DNA of 63,501 nt, counting the filler, from Sluysia triapertura (Eukaryota), in the NCBI GenBank assembly GCA_046118255.1. It is 5 parts of 5 records of this genome, joined end to end, with 100 filler letters (N's around TTAATTAATTAA, not from the genome) between each part and the next. Parts side by side here need not be neighbours in the genome. Positions count along the whole stretch, not along the records: positions 39,810 to 50,705 come from JBJNIA010191817.1; positions 50,806 to 63,501 come from JBJNIA010089460.1; 3 more parts are not named here. One strand, given 5' to 3'. The notes beneath the pieces were generated by a model. It did not search any database. It had not been told where the DNA came from and saw only the letters and a program-made list of their open reading frames with translations. Position numbers and translations under genes: made by a program. The first letter of the stretch is position 1; each line of letters starts with the position of its first letter. Of this stretch, positions 49,331 through 61,937 are shown piece after piece.

Positions 49331-49827
49331 ATTGTACATTCAGGTACTTGGAAAACAATATTTAAATTTTTAAAACCTATTCTTAAATGTTTTATTAACA
49401 CTTTTCGAAAAGTGGTTGTAAGATAGAAAACAATGTTTGTAAGCATTTTTTCTTGTTTGTATTCGTTAATTTTTTATTTGACTTATTTATTTGCTATTGG
49501 AGACTTCATTTATAATACTTATAAAATAATTTAACAAATATGCATTATTTGGAGTTCAGAATATGATTTATGATTGAAGATGTGATTTATTTGAACTGGA
49601 ATTAACCAATAAATATAAAAGTTAAAAAGATACCTGATTTATATAAAACATAGTATCAATCAAGAGATTAGATTAATAGATCATCCAAATCAGTGTTCTC
49701 AAAAGGGAGGATCGCGAAAAATTGTTTTAGAAAACAGTGACGTAGTCACGTATAATTATTTTGTGCAAATCACTATAATGTGCAGATTTGAATTAAAGTC
49801 AAATTTTATAATTAGTTGAAGAAATTA

Positions 49828-50052
49828 AGCTATCCTTTTTAAGGTCTAACAAATAACAATGTACGTTAGAATTTATTTTATTAGAAAACAATGAGTTAAA
49901 TTCCTTATTTTAGTTGTACTCAAGACAAAATTATACACACTTAGGAACAAGACTAATGTAAAACAAAATTGTAATAATTATAATTAAGGAATATAATTCT
50001 TTAGTATTAGAATCTGGATTTTATAAATTAACCTAGCAGTTAAGATCTAGGA
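49828..50052. repeat. Diverged copy of the 41.7-42.0 kb hairpin repeat family
   Basis: CCTTTTTAAGGTCT near 49835 and AATTAACCTAGCAGTTAAGATCTAGG at 50026, in the same order and about 200-bp spacing as 41751/41960. Confidence 0.6.
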
Positions 50053-50705
50053 TTAACAATTAATATTTAAAGTAGAAAATTTAAGTTCTATTAAAGTTAG
50101 AACCAATAAGCTTAAAATAAATGACCTTACTAGAATACATGAATTTTGAAGAACAGGACGAAGATTGAATTAAAAACTGGTAATATAATGAAATTCTGGC
50201 AGCCATATTGCCTGTTTACAATTTCATAAAATATTAACTACATAAAAATGATTTGATTAAACGAAATAGTTTAAAATTAATTTTATTCATTACTTAATTT
50301 TTGCTTTTTTACATTTTAAAATAAATTAAATTTTATTATTTATTTACAATAATAAATTAGATTTATTTAATGTAATAATTAATATGAATTTTATATTCAG
50401 CAAATAATAAAAATAATAAAATATAAATAATATTTATAAACTTTAACTTCAACATCAACATTTATAAAGTCTTATTTGTTAATTAATTTAATTAAAAATT
50501 GTTTAATTTGATAATTTAGTGAAAGGTGTTTGTTTATGATAAAATAATATTAGAATTGGTGTTTAATACTGAATTTTATTAGTAGTAATGTTGAAATGTT
50601 AAGAAGCACGTCGATGCAGATAACGTAAACATTAGTTATTTTAATTAGTTTTTATAATCTAAAATTAAATTTATATGTGAAATGTTTAAAATTAATATAT
50701 ATATA

Positions 50706-50805
50706 NNNNNNNNNNNNNNNNNNNNNNNNNNNNNNNNNNNNNNNNNNNNTTAATTAATTAANNNNNNNNNNNNNNNNNNNNNNNNNNNNNNNNNNNNNNN
50801 NNNNN
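50706..50805. other. Artificial contig spacer
   Basis: Same N44-TTAATTAATTAA-N44 structure. Confidence 0.98.
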
Positions 50806-50906
50806 ATTTAAGAAAAAAGCAAAGTTCTTTCTGTTTCAGAAATATTATGGTGAATGATTTACCTTAAGCGCATTTGAGTACTATCGCGGTAGATATAAAT
50901 TAATAT

Positions 50907-50958
50907 ATTATTATTATTATTATTATTATTATTATCATTATTATTATTATTATTATTA
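50907..50958. repeat. (ATT)n microsatellite
   Basis: Read directly from the sequence. Confidence 0.95.
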
Positions 50959-53023
50959 ATTGGAATTTTTTAAGCTTATAAATAAATTGGATTAGTAAAT
51001 TGATTAAATAGTGCACATTAATCAATTAAATGTAATATAAAAATGCTTTGTAAAAGAAATGTATTAATATCTTGTGAATTAATATATTAATATATTTTGG
51101 ATTTCGGTGGAAATAAAATAAAGTAATAACTGAATAATTTAGCAAAGAAGTTTCAAAGATCGCGCAAATTTTAAAGCTGAATTGCGCAAAAATGAATTTA
51201 CTGTTTAGATGAAATGCTGATGATTAGTAAATGGTTTTCAGTAGTTTGATTTATTATTATTATAATAAAAGCTATTTCTTTGCAAAATAATTTTACTGCC
51301 AATTTTCTGATCCAAGTAGACAAATTCAATTTGTCTTTTAGTGCGATAAATTTCGACGAATTAAATAAAAAAACTTAATAATTTAAACCAATTACAAAAA
51401 TTTACAAAGACTTTTGCCTAAAAATGATACAATAACATGTATTTTTAATATAAATATTGATTTTATTCGATTCAGATATTCCAAAGATTTGGTAAAGTTC
51501 TTCGAGTGATAATATTCAATAAAAATATGCAATGCCAATGTCTAGTAGAAATGGATAATAATATATCAGCACATGTTGCTCTATTAGTATGTTTTGTTTT
51601 ATATATTTTTATTATTAATTATTAATTATGTTTTATAAAAAGGTTAAAATACAGTATATGAAAATAACAATCAAATTAAATGATTATAAAATATTATAAA
51701 TTTAAAATAAATAATGATTATAATAAAGCTTTCTTTATCAATTGAACTAAACAGACTGTAGTATGTTAGGTCGTCTGATCAAATAAAGATAACACATTTT
51801 AGGTATCATCCCCAAAACAAACAATATGGCATCATAGTCAACACGCTCAAAGAATCAGAATAATTTAAATTATGTAATTATTTAACATTTATATCTTTTT
51901 ATCCAGAAATTTTTAAGTCTGTATTTATTGTTAGAAACAATTATTAAAATAAAATTTTAAAGTTTAACTAAATTTAATTTAATTTATATATAATAGATCA
52001 CGAATTTGAATTTTATTTATACAGGATAGATAGATTTAACGTAAATAAATATAAAACTCTCAGCACTAATTTGATAAAAATAAATTTTACATCTTAACAG
52101 TCTGATTCATAACATCTGATATAACAATATAGCTAAGGGGAATAAACAAATTGAATATTTTTAAAACTTTTCTATTATTAATTTAATGTTTTAAATTTAA
52201 TTACCGGAATTAGCAGTAGCAGCGAGTCCGATAATAATAATTAGATAATAAATAAATATTCAAATGATAATCGAATGTTTTAATAAAAATAAATAATAAT
52301 AAAATAATAAAATAAATAATAATAAAATAATAATAAAATAAATAATAAAAATAAATTTTAATAAAATAAGATTAAAATTAAATAATGTCACAAATGACCA
52401 AATGCTAACCAAAATACTTAAATAGTTTTCGAAGTTTTCACAGATACAATACTAATCAAATAACAATCACAATACCCAGGTGATAACACTATGATTTATA
52501 ATATTCTTGTTACATTTATGACGAATTTATATTCTGCTTAGTCTTTATATAATGTATTCTAGCTATTTCTCCTTATAATTAATGCTACTATATGACTAAT
52601 TTCTTTTTATGTATTATCGTGATAGTATAGCCAATTTCTATGTATTATTTAATTTTCTTCTGTAATTATATAATTATAAACTAAAACTCACACATACATT
52701 CACATTCATTTATTTTGTATAAATGTGTTGGTTTGTATTAATTTGTTCTTGCTAATTTTTGTTTCTTCATTTTGTTTTTTTCAAAATTATAGGTTTTTCC
52801 GTTCTTCCAACATTATCATCTGATCTGTAGTTTTTTGACTTGCTAATTAAGTGTAGTAAGTTCCAATTTATGTTTTTCTGCATTATATTTTTATTTTTTC
52901 CGTTTACATATTGATTTTGGGACATTACATTATATTTTTTAAATTGCCACGATATTTTGGATTTATTTTAAAATGTATTTTATATTATTATAAAATTGAT
53001 TCACAATAATAAAATAAATAAAT

Positions 53024-53040
53024 ACAACAACAACAACAAT

Positions 53041-53076
<36 letters not shown>
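53024..53076. repeat. Compound (AAC)n/(AAT)n microsatellite
   Basis: Read directly from the sequence. Confidence 0.9.
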
Positions 53077-55749
53077 TAGTGAAATAAAATAGAGAGCAAA
53101 TTATTTTATGCAATGACAATTTTGATTAGTAGATTCATTAATTTCTTCTATTTTGTGACAAAATATGAAAATCAATTTTCCTGTTTAATACAATCACATA
53201 TGTTTCATTAGTCAATGTACTTACGTTATTTACCTATATTAAACATTAAAAAATTCCTATATTCATAATCTAAATTTCAAAATATTTTAACAATACATAT
53301 TGTTTTTCAGTTAAACAAATATTATTTATTTGAGAAAATAGTACTTTTGAAACTCTAAACTTTAAATAAATAATGCGAATTTATTTCAAATTATTTATTA
53401 AAAATGATCATTGTGAAAAAAATAATCCGATAAAACAAAATATTCAATATATTTTATTTCTAAAATTCAATAACTAAATTTATAATTTATTAGGATTAAA
53501 TGATAATCAAATCGAAACAGAATCATATTATTATTACTATTATTATTACTATATTACCAACCTTCATTGGAACAAATCATTTTTCACTCATTGCATCAGT
53601 ATAATTAATTTATCATTACATGCAAGATTAATAACATTCCAAAATAAACGTAGAAGTGCTTGTAGAAATATTTTATTTATATTAATGTATTGATATATAA
53701 TAAATACTTACATTATATGTTCAAAAATAATGTTTCAACATAAAAACAATAAAATCCTGCATTTCATATTATAGATTTTAATTATTTCATATTATAGAAA
53801 TAGTTTTTAAAATATATTAAATATAATAATGAAATAAATATTTAAAAGGGCTTGGGAATAAATCATTCATTATAATCTTTCCGAAATAGATGTTGTTCAT
53901 TTTAAATATTTCACAATATTCCAAGTAATACAACATTCTTTGGTAGCTGGCATTAAGCGGTATCTAACCTATCACTTATTTTAGTTTCCTCATTTACAAA
54001 TTACTATTATAATTTATGAGATATCCTTTTTAACGGAAAATGTATTTTTGTTTATTTAACCATTTCACTACCAAACCTTTTTTGGTCCCATTTTATAATA
54101 TTAACTTAATTGGCTAATAACTTATGGCCATGGCATAATTGAAAAAATGTAACCGACCAGCTGATCTCACGTCATTCAATAAACACTACACCACCATTGG
54201 GACGATCTGTTAGGCTGTTTAAACTACTTTTAACCCACTGATGTAGAACATATTTTCTGTGGGACCCATCTTCCCATTGGTAGTCAAAGGGTTAATTTAG
54301 AGCTTTATTTTTGTATTTCAAACTCTTGCGATTTATTAGTCCCAAAGCTTTCATGAAATTTTAATTAATCCACTTTCAATCAATCGAATTGTTAAATTTT
54401 CATTTGATAAGTATAGTAAGAATTTATTAAAATTTTTGAATTTCCTACTTTACCATACATCTCTAAGTTTTCTAAAAGTTATGCGTGTATTTTTTCCAAT
54501 AAACGTTTTGGAATTAGTCATAATCGATTGCATTATGATGTGCTCTGAAATGAATTAATACATTCTAAGCTGGAATTACTTCTTCAAATACCATATTAAT
54601 GGTGTACCTTTGCTTAAAGACAACCTAATAAAAACTTAATTTTAACGACTCCGTCTGTGATCCAAGTCTTACTGTAAGTGGCTTGTTCATAGGATTTATA
54701 AGATAGAATTCTTAAAGAAAATGGAGGTTAATTAATATTAAATACAAATACAACTTTATTATTATTCGAAAATTTATAACTTTAATAATTCACAATGGAA
54801 CTCAATTACAACACTTTAGAAACTCTTTCATATTGACCAAATTTTCCTCAAAGAATAACAAAAAGCCTTAAACTACAAAATATGATTTAATGTAAAAATA
54901 TATTTCCTTTATCGCATTAAACATTTTCATAATTATTAAAACAAATAATGTTTATTTACTATTACAAAACATGTGCATAAATAAAACAGTTAAATATATT
55001 ATTGGTTTCATTTTAAGTATTAATTGAAATTTTTAAAAGATTATATAAAGATAAAAAGGAAATTAAAATTGTAAAATAATAATTTATATTTTATTGCTTT
55101 ATGTGCCATAAGTTTAGTTTTTGTCAAATTTTGTCAAATATATTCGCTTTCCTAGTATTTCTCCAATAGTTTATAAGATTGTTTGATTTTGGCACTTATT
55201 GACTGTTTGAAAAATCCCAATAATTTCTGCAGTAAATTAGATGCGTACGTATTTTCAGACCAGTGAAACCAACTTGTTCACTAATGTTAAAGTTATTTCA
55301 AACTTCAACTAAATGATCAAGATAAAAGGTGTCACATAAGAGATTCCTATTTTTTAACAAATATTGTCGAACTTAAAGTACATTCCATAACCGGACCTAT
55401 TATCTGCAAGAGACTTACATCTTTCGATTCCAATTATGTAATTTATGGATGAAGACGTTTCTTCCAATAACATAGGAAGAGAGAAATGATGATAAAGTAA
55501 GAGGAAAGTAAGACGTTTTGTGGGATAATTAGGTCTTTCAATAACTGATGCACATCTGGCTCAATCAATGTTAGATTTTAGAATTTTGAACAAAAAATAT
55601 AGAGACATTAATCTATAAAAACAGAGATCTTGTATGAGTTGCAATAATTTTGAAAAATATAAAACTAATTATGAGGCAGGGATATCCTAAAATATTTAGG
55701 CTACTTATCGTATTTAGTATGAATACTCAGTTGTTTACGCAAAAATTGT

Positions 55750-56045
55750 GAAGTACTCGATTACATATTGGAAACACTGAAGTATTATAAGTACAAGTGG
55801 AATGTAAGATGTGATCTCAAGGCAATTGGATTGGTCACTACAATTCAAAAATGTTTAACAAAGTATTGCTATTCAATGTACTTATGGAGGGGCAGAGAAA
55901 AAGAACGTTATATATGCTCAAGTTAGTCAAAATGAGAAATGTGCACTCCTGAGTTAAGCAATATTCAATATTCTCCATCGTTTGATCTTTCATGCATGTC
56001 GTTACCACCTTTTCATGTAAAGTTGGACTTATTCAAAGAATTTCA
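55750..56045 (+). mobile_element. Chapaev3-like (CMC superfamily) transposase remnant; element may extend about 55200-56450
   Basis: ILETLKYYKYKWNVRCDLKAIGLVTTIQKCLTKYCYSMYLWRGR and LPPFHVKLDLFKEF match LL..IKY....W.ICGDLK.I.LL.G.Q.GYTKYCCFLC.WDSR and LPPLHIKLGLMK.F. Confidence 0.8.
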
Positions 56046-58255
56046 GAAACTTCATGTACTTACTCCAACAATGTTTCCAAAACTGTGAAAATTTAAAACT
56101 GAAAGTGCTTGTTTAATCGAAACACAAAGAAATGCATGTTTAACAAAAGAAGCCAAAATCTGAATTTCTCTGTTGAAAACAGCGACACGTTAAAGAAATG
56201 TTGAGTTCCTACAAGCATTTTGGTCTAAAAATATCATTTGAATAAACATGGGGAGCGTTAGATAGTACAAACTAATGATAAACTATTTTTGTTTGCTTCT
56301 TTGGCATAAATGCATAATAAACATATACACATACGTGCATATGCTGAAGATTAAAATTATAAAAAAAGCATGGAAATATTTTTAATTATGGTTTGTTGTT
56401 TTTTGATATGAATGCAGTTTATTTTTATGATCATGCGTTTTTTGTTGCAAATATTCTGTATATTTAAATATGTAAGTATTGTTAAATATCCACTCTTTCC
56501 TTGTCTTGCTTACCACGAACCCTATAATTCGTATATCCACATGGTTATATAAATCATAATTATGAGTTAACTAATTGTAATCAACATATTAATGTATTTA
56601 TTAGTAACAAGATACCGTTGAAACTCATTTTTTGAATATTAAAACAAATGAATGAAAGAATAAAAACAAAAAATATTTAATTTTTTAGTTTTTATAAATA
56701 AAATTGTGTTTATCTGTCACTATCTGCAATTAGATTAATATGTACTTAATTATTAAAGAAACTCTGAAGTTTCCACTTCATATTTAGTTTTAATGATTGT
56801 TTATTTTAAATCATATAAAGCATAAAACTGTTTCAATGATTGATAGAATAATTGTAACATTTGTTTTTAATGTAAAATATAAATTTTACACTCATATATT
56901 AAGAACATCCTATAATGAAAACTTTAATGAAGCAGTTACTCTTCAGTTAATGTACTTTAAAATGAGTATGTTAAATCTGTCAATTTAATTCAAATTATTC
57001 ATTTATAAAACAAACAATATTAAAATTAATATTTAACATTAAAGTAAATTATTTTGTAATGATGACATAATAAGAAGGTCGTGGTTTCTATAGAAGAACT
57101 GATGACTCTATATGAGTAAAACATGTTCTCTAAAAAGAAAACGATGTATCATTAAAACAATTGATTTTTAGACTTTCCTTTGGCGAATATGCGCAAATTG
57201 AAAGGTAATTTTAGGAGGATAAATATCCATATTGACGAAAAATAAGTCGTAATTTTGCTTCTCTGCAACATCCTATTAGTTGATCGCACTATTCTTTTTC
57301 TGTCTTTAGTCCGCACCAGCATCCCAACTATACTCGCGGCATTCGATAACGTCCGAACTGATGCGTCGTTTCTTTTGTTGATTGAATTCTTGTATGCTTT
57401 TCTTCAATTCGTAATGATAGAACATCATTTTCGTTATTTTTTCGGAAGAACATGTAATAATCTTTAATTTGTTGCAATTGAAGAAATAAAACATTTTTGT
57501 CTTTATTGAGTTTAATCAAATCGTCGTTGCCTTTGAATCTTATGAACAAATCATCGTTTGGCCTGGATTGAACATCATTACTGCTAATACATTAATTCAT
57601 TATCTTTGAATTTTACAATCACGAAATCATCGACTTTATTTATTATCACAGCGAGCATTAGCTATTTTATTTAATTTGTAGGTTTTCAGTTTTTTGGCAG
57701 CCACTTTATTTCGTATTAAGTTCTTATTTCTTTTTACAAATATTTTACATTTTTTAGCTGTTTCTCTTATTATGATTAAACTTTGGCAGCCATTTAATTT
57801 TTCTTGTCCATTAGTAATTATTAATTTTATTGGCTACTTGACATTATATTTTTAGATTTGGCAAAATGCAGTTTCGAGATGGTTGTCAATATGTAACGTA
57901 ATACATTATTCTCTTATACATTTATAGTTCACTCTTACCAATAAAATTTCAATATTATGATGACATCTAAATCGATTTATTTATTATCATTTATTCAGCT
58001 AATTTCTTTGACATTTACGTGAAGTGATTCATTATAATTCATATGTTTGAAAAGAATTTTAAATTAAATAAATCTATATGCCAAACAATTTTTCTTTATA
58101 AATAAAACAAAAGAGTTGAAAACTTATAAGCCAAAACAAAACTATAGTGAAAACTTCATATAATTTGTCTAATTTATTTCTTTAAAATATGTCAAATAAT
58201 TATTGTCTCGTGTTAACAGTTATTTGTTCTTTGTTTTGATGATGTTAACTTAACA

Positions 58256-59341
58256 TATGATCTTATAAGTGTCTTTCTAAATTTTCTTGTTGTCCAAAGC
58301 GTTTTAAATAAATGACAATTAATGGTCTTTCTTTTTGTCGTGTTTCTGATACGTCTTTATATAATACTGGAAATACTGAAACAACATATATACAAAAACT
58401 ACATTTGTATGATGGATAAAATTAGCAGATCGGGGAAATAATTTACCACAAAATCGAAAATGATAACGATCTAAACGATTATTGCTTGGTGGCGTCATTT
58501 TATGAGGGAAGCTTGTTGAATTGAACAAAACTTTGGCTTGTCAAGTTCTTTTAATAATAAATGATTTTTTCCGATTACGAATTTTTTGAACAATAATTAT
58601 CTACTTTAGATATAATCTTTCATTTTCGAATTTGATAATTTTGATAAATTGTACTTTTGCTTCTTGCATTGTGTATTTTGTGTCTTGTGATGCTAAATAA
58701 AGGAAGCTAATATTTCGCATTCATAATCCATTCTGATTCAGGACCTTTTCCAGGTAAAATAGATTTATAGATAAACCTCTCTTAAACAATTTCCACTTTG
58801 ATCATTTCCTAAATTTCATTACTTAATTGAATATTTAAACGATAAATTATATTAAGGGTCATTGTTATTATTATTTCTTTTTGTAATGAACCATGTTGGA
58901 AATTTCCTTCTCATTATTTGTGTGAATCATATAAGAATTATAATTTTCTTAATTACTAATGTGAACAATTGCTTTGCTTGACAGTAAATTGTCACTTGAG
59001 CATACAGTATTATCATGAAAGACAGGTTTCTTTCATGAGTGAAAGGGTAAATAATTAATTCGATTTTCTGTTTCAAATATAAATAGAAGTTGACTGTATT
59101 GGTTCTTTATATGAAATAACTTACATCGGTGAAATACTACCATTATGAGTGTCATCCATAATATTACTAAATTCTGTATCTATAGCATTTGATTAATTAA
59201 GAGTTGTTCATTTGAGCTAGAGTAACAATGTTTTGAAGATATTTTTGAAAGGATGTTAGATAGATTTGTGGCAGACGAATGGGGAGCTTCAGAAGAGCAA
59301 AAAGAAAAGGAAACTAGATTAGATTTTTTTAAAAATTCCAT
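58256..59341 (-). pseudogene. EVI1/MECOM-PRDM16 (hamlet/egl-43 family) C2H2 zinc-finger gene remnant; recognisable core 58256-58477
   Basis: Across frameshifts: DRYHFRFCGKLFPRSANF / YKCSFC / FSISSII*RRIRN / QKERP / NCHLF / RFGQQENLERHL*DH, versus family consensus [21 protein letters not shown]...[48 protein letters not shown]. The 5' extent to the ATG at 59341 is tentative. Confidence 0.88.
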
Positions 59342-60209
59342 TGTTATTTTAAATTAAATTTTCGTTAAATTTGAAATTTAATGATTGTGTATTTATTTTG
59401 ATGTTTTGAATAATAAATGTTGTCGAAATGACGCTTTGTTAGTTTCAAACAAATTAAAATAATATCACTAATAATAATAATAATTATTATTAATATTAAT
59501 CATATCTAAAATAATTAAGTAATCATTTTAAAACCTTATTTTAATATGCAATTTATGATATATTAATAACCTTTACAATATAACCCCAGAAGAAATTTTC
59601 ATTAAATGTATTGCACAGAAATTTACTATATTACAAAAATTTCAGACACACTTGAAAGTGAATACTATGATTACCATCAAATAAATAAATAGGAACACGT
59701 GATTATGTTCATTAATTTTATAACAAAATTAAAATATCTTTAATATTCTAAAGTATTTCTATAAATTCAATATAAATAAGCCAGGACTGGGCAACTTGGA
59801 CTAACAACAAAGCCAAGAATATCGTTAATTTTTTATTAAATATTTAAACAATAAAATAATAAATTATGCATAAGTTATAGAATTTTTTACAGTAATTTAT
59901 TTACTAACGACTACTAAAATAACTCAATTACGAAAAATTGTGCTATCAATCCAGTCTAACAATTTATTTTCATTTTAATCAATTATACAATTTACTTAAT
60001 TTGTATTGTTAGGCTAGTACCTCAATGTTTTCCATATTTTATGTTTAATACGAAATATTTCATAAGAAACACTGCACTTATTTAACGTTTGATCTTTTCA
60101 ATTTTATATAACAAAGATTTTGTTTTTCAATAGAACAAAGCAGCTGAATATTCTAGATCCAAAAATGTAAAATGGCTTGCTCAAAATGTGAAATAGTTGT
60201 ATCTAATTT

Positions 60210-60290
60210 TGGGATACATGCCTAAAGTGCCATTTAGTATAATTGACTATAATAATCTAAAATTTTTAGACGGGGCTAATAGCTCAGTGG
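60210..60290 (+). repeat. Truncated second copy of the tRNA-like repeat including its upstream leader
   Basis: tgggatacatgcctaaagtgccattt...acggggctaatagctcagtgg versus 45063-45122 tgggataaaggcctaaagtgccattt...acggggctgataactcagtgg. Confidence 0.8.
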
Positions 60291-61462
60291 TTATTTTATT
60301 TTTATATTTTTATCACTTTATTTATTTTCCTATATTCTCATTTCTTTATTTCATCCACTTAATTGTATGTCTGTGGTTTATCATTGGTGTGATTGTGATT
60401 TAATATCTGACTTATCAATGGTATGCTTGTGGCTCCATAGTTCAACAACGAATATCAATTTCTTAAATGGACAATCAATATCAGCCTAATTACATTAACT
60501 ACCATTTTTATATAAATATGATTCATTTATTTATATTTATTGTACCATATTATGTGATTATGTACGTACTTGTTTTTGTTGTAAAATAAAAGTTTTCAAT
60601 TCAATTCATCGAACGAGAGATCCCGTGTTTGAAGTCTAACATATTGAATGTAGAAATGCATAAATTTTAATAATTAATAAAAAAAAACGTTTAAAAATTC
60701 CAAATAGTTACTTCCAGATATTTGTTTAACTTTTTTCTTTTGTATCCAAGAATTAAATATATTTTCTTTTTGTTTAATTTTTATGTACTTTTAAAAAATT
60801 TTTAAAATGATCAATCTTTGATATTTAAATGAATGGTTCATATGAAACAAAAACATTTGTGTCATCACCTGTGGAATCATTTATAAAATCGTTACATTCA
60901 ACATCTAATGGCGTTTTAATATTTTTAGAGCTTACAATTATTTCTTTAAGCAGGAGAAATATATAACATTCCAACAAAAAAAATTAAGCCGTTAATTTTA
61001 ATATTTTTCAGAATTAGTAATTTGTTTGTGATAGATACTTGTATTTTGATAAATAGTAATTGTTATAATATTATTTTATTATGCATTTAAGTTTTGTACT
61101 TTTATTTACGTTTTTGTAATAAGATATAGATGCATATTAACTTTTTTGATTTCATTGTTTTCATTCCTTTAATTGCGTTTTGAATAAATGGATGATTTTG
61201 GCTTGAAAGATTACATTTCAAAAGTTCTATGGCTAATGTTGAAAAATTTATTTTTCCAAAAATTCTGAAATTATTTTAAAATAAAAAAATTTCCAAATGA
61301 TATTATAGAACTTTACAATCAGATTTAAACAAAAGTAAAAAAACAATTCTTTTGTTTGTTATATTGTTGAAATTAAAATTATCTGAAGATAATTTGTCAC
61401 ACATTTTATTATAAAAGAAAAGTGGTTTTATTCCATTTAAAATTTTTCTCATTGGTTTATGA

Positions 61463-61512
<50 letters not shown>

Positions 61513-61537
61513 TAATAATGATAATAATAATAATAAT
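61463..61537. repeat. (AAT)n microsatellite
   Basis: Read directly; source of the poly-Leu ORF 61303-61548. Confidence 0.95.
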
Positions 61538-61859
61538 TTATACTGCACGAATATCTACCACATAATAGGTACTGAAAAACGCTGGAAAAAAATAATTTAC
61601 AGTAATATTTCTGAAACAAAAAGAACATTAACTTTTTCTTTACTATATAATATTTCAGTAATTTAACATTCTCTGGTAGCTGATTTTATATTTTTGTAAC
61701 ATTATAATTTATCAACCACCTTATTATCACTGTGGATTTTGTATAAATTATTATATCTTATTGAAATATTCAATTTGTTTGCCGAAATTTTATTATTTCC
61801 AAGAAATATTTACGACTTCCATAATGTAAGCATTTATCACTTATTGCCATGATTTTGAA

Positions 61860-61861
<2 letters not shown>

Positions 61862-61932
<71 letters not shown>
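61862..61932. repeat. (ATT)n microsatellite directly abutting a CAG splice acceptor
   Basis: Read directly: ...ttattattattcacag|CAT. Confidence 0.95.
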
Positions 61933-61934
<2 letters not shown>

Positions 61935-61937
61935 CAG

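Noticed and set aside
49148-49339. Poly-Ile and poly-Leu ORFs (also 61303-61548, 5406-5642, 60197-60403, and the N-terminus of 15915-16205)
   Set aside because: Translations of ATT/AAT microsatellites or AT-rich DNA mimicking TM segments.
54040-54720. Faint Tc1 (HHWDDL) and Gypsy RNase H-like traces
   Set aside because: Similarity is too weak to call without a search.
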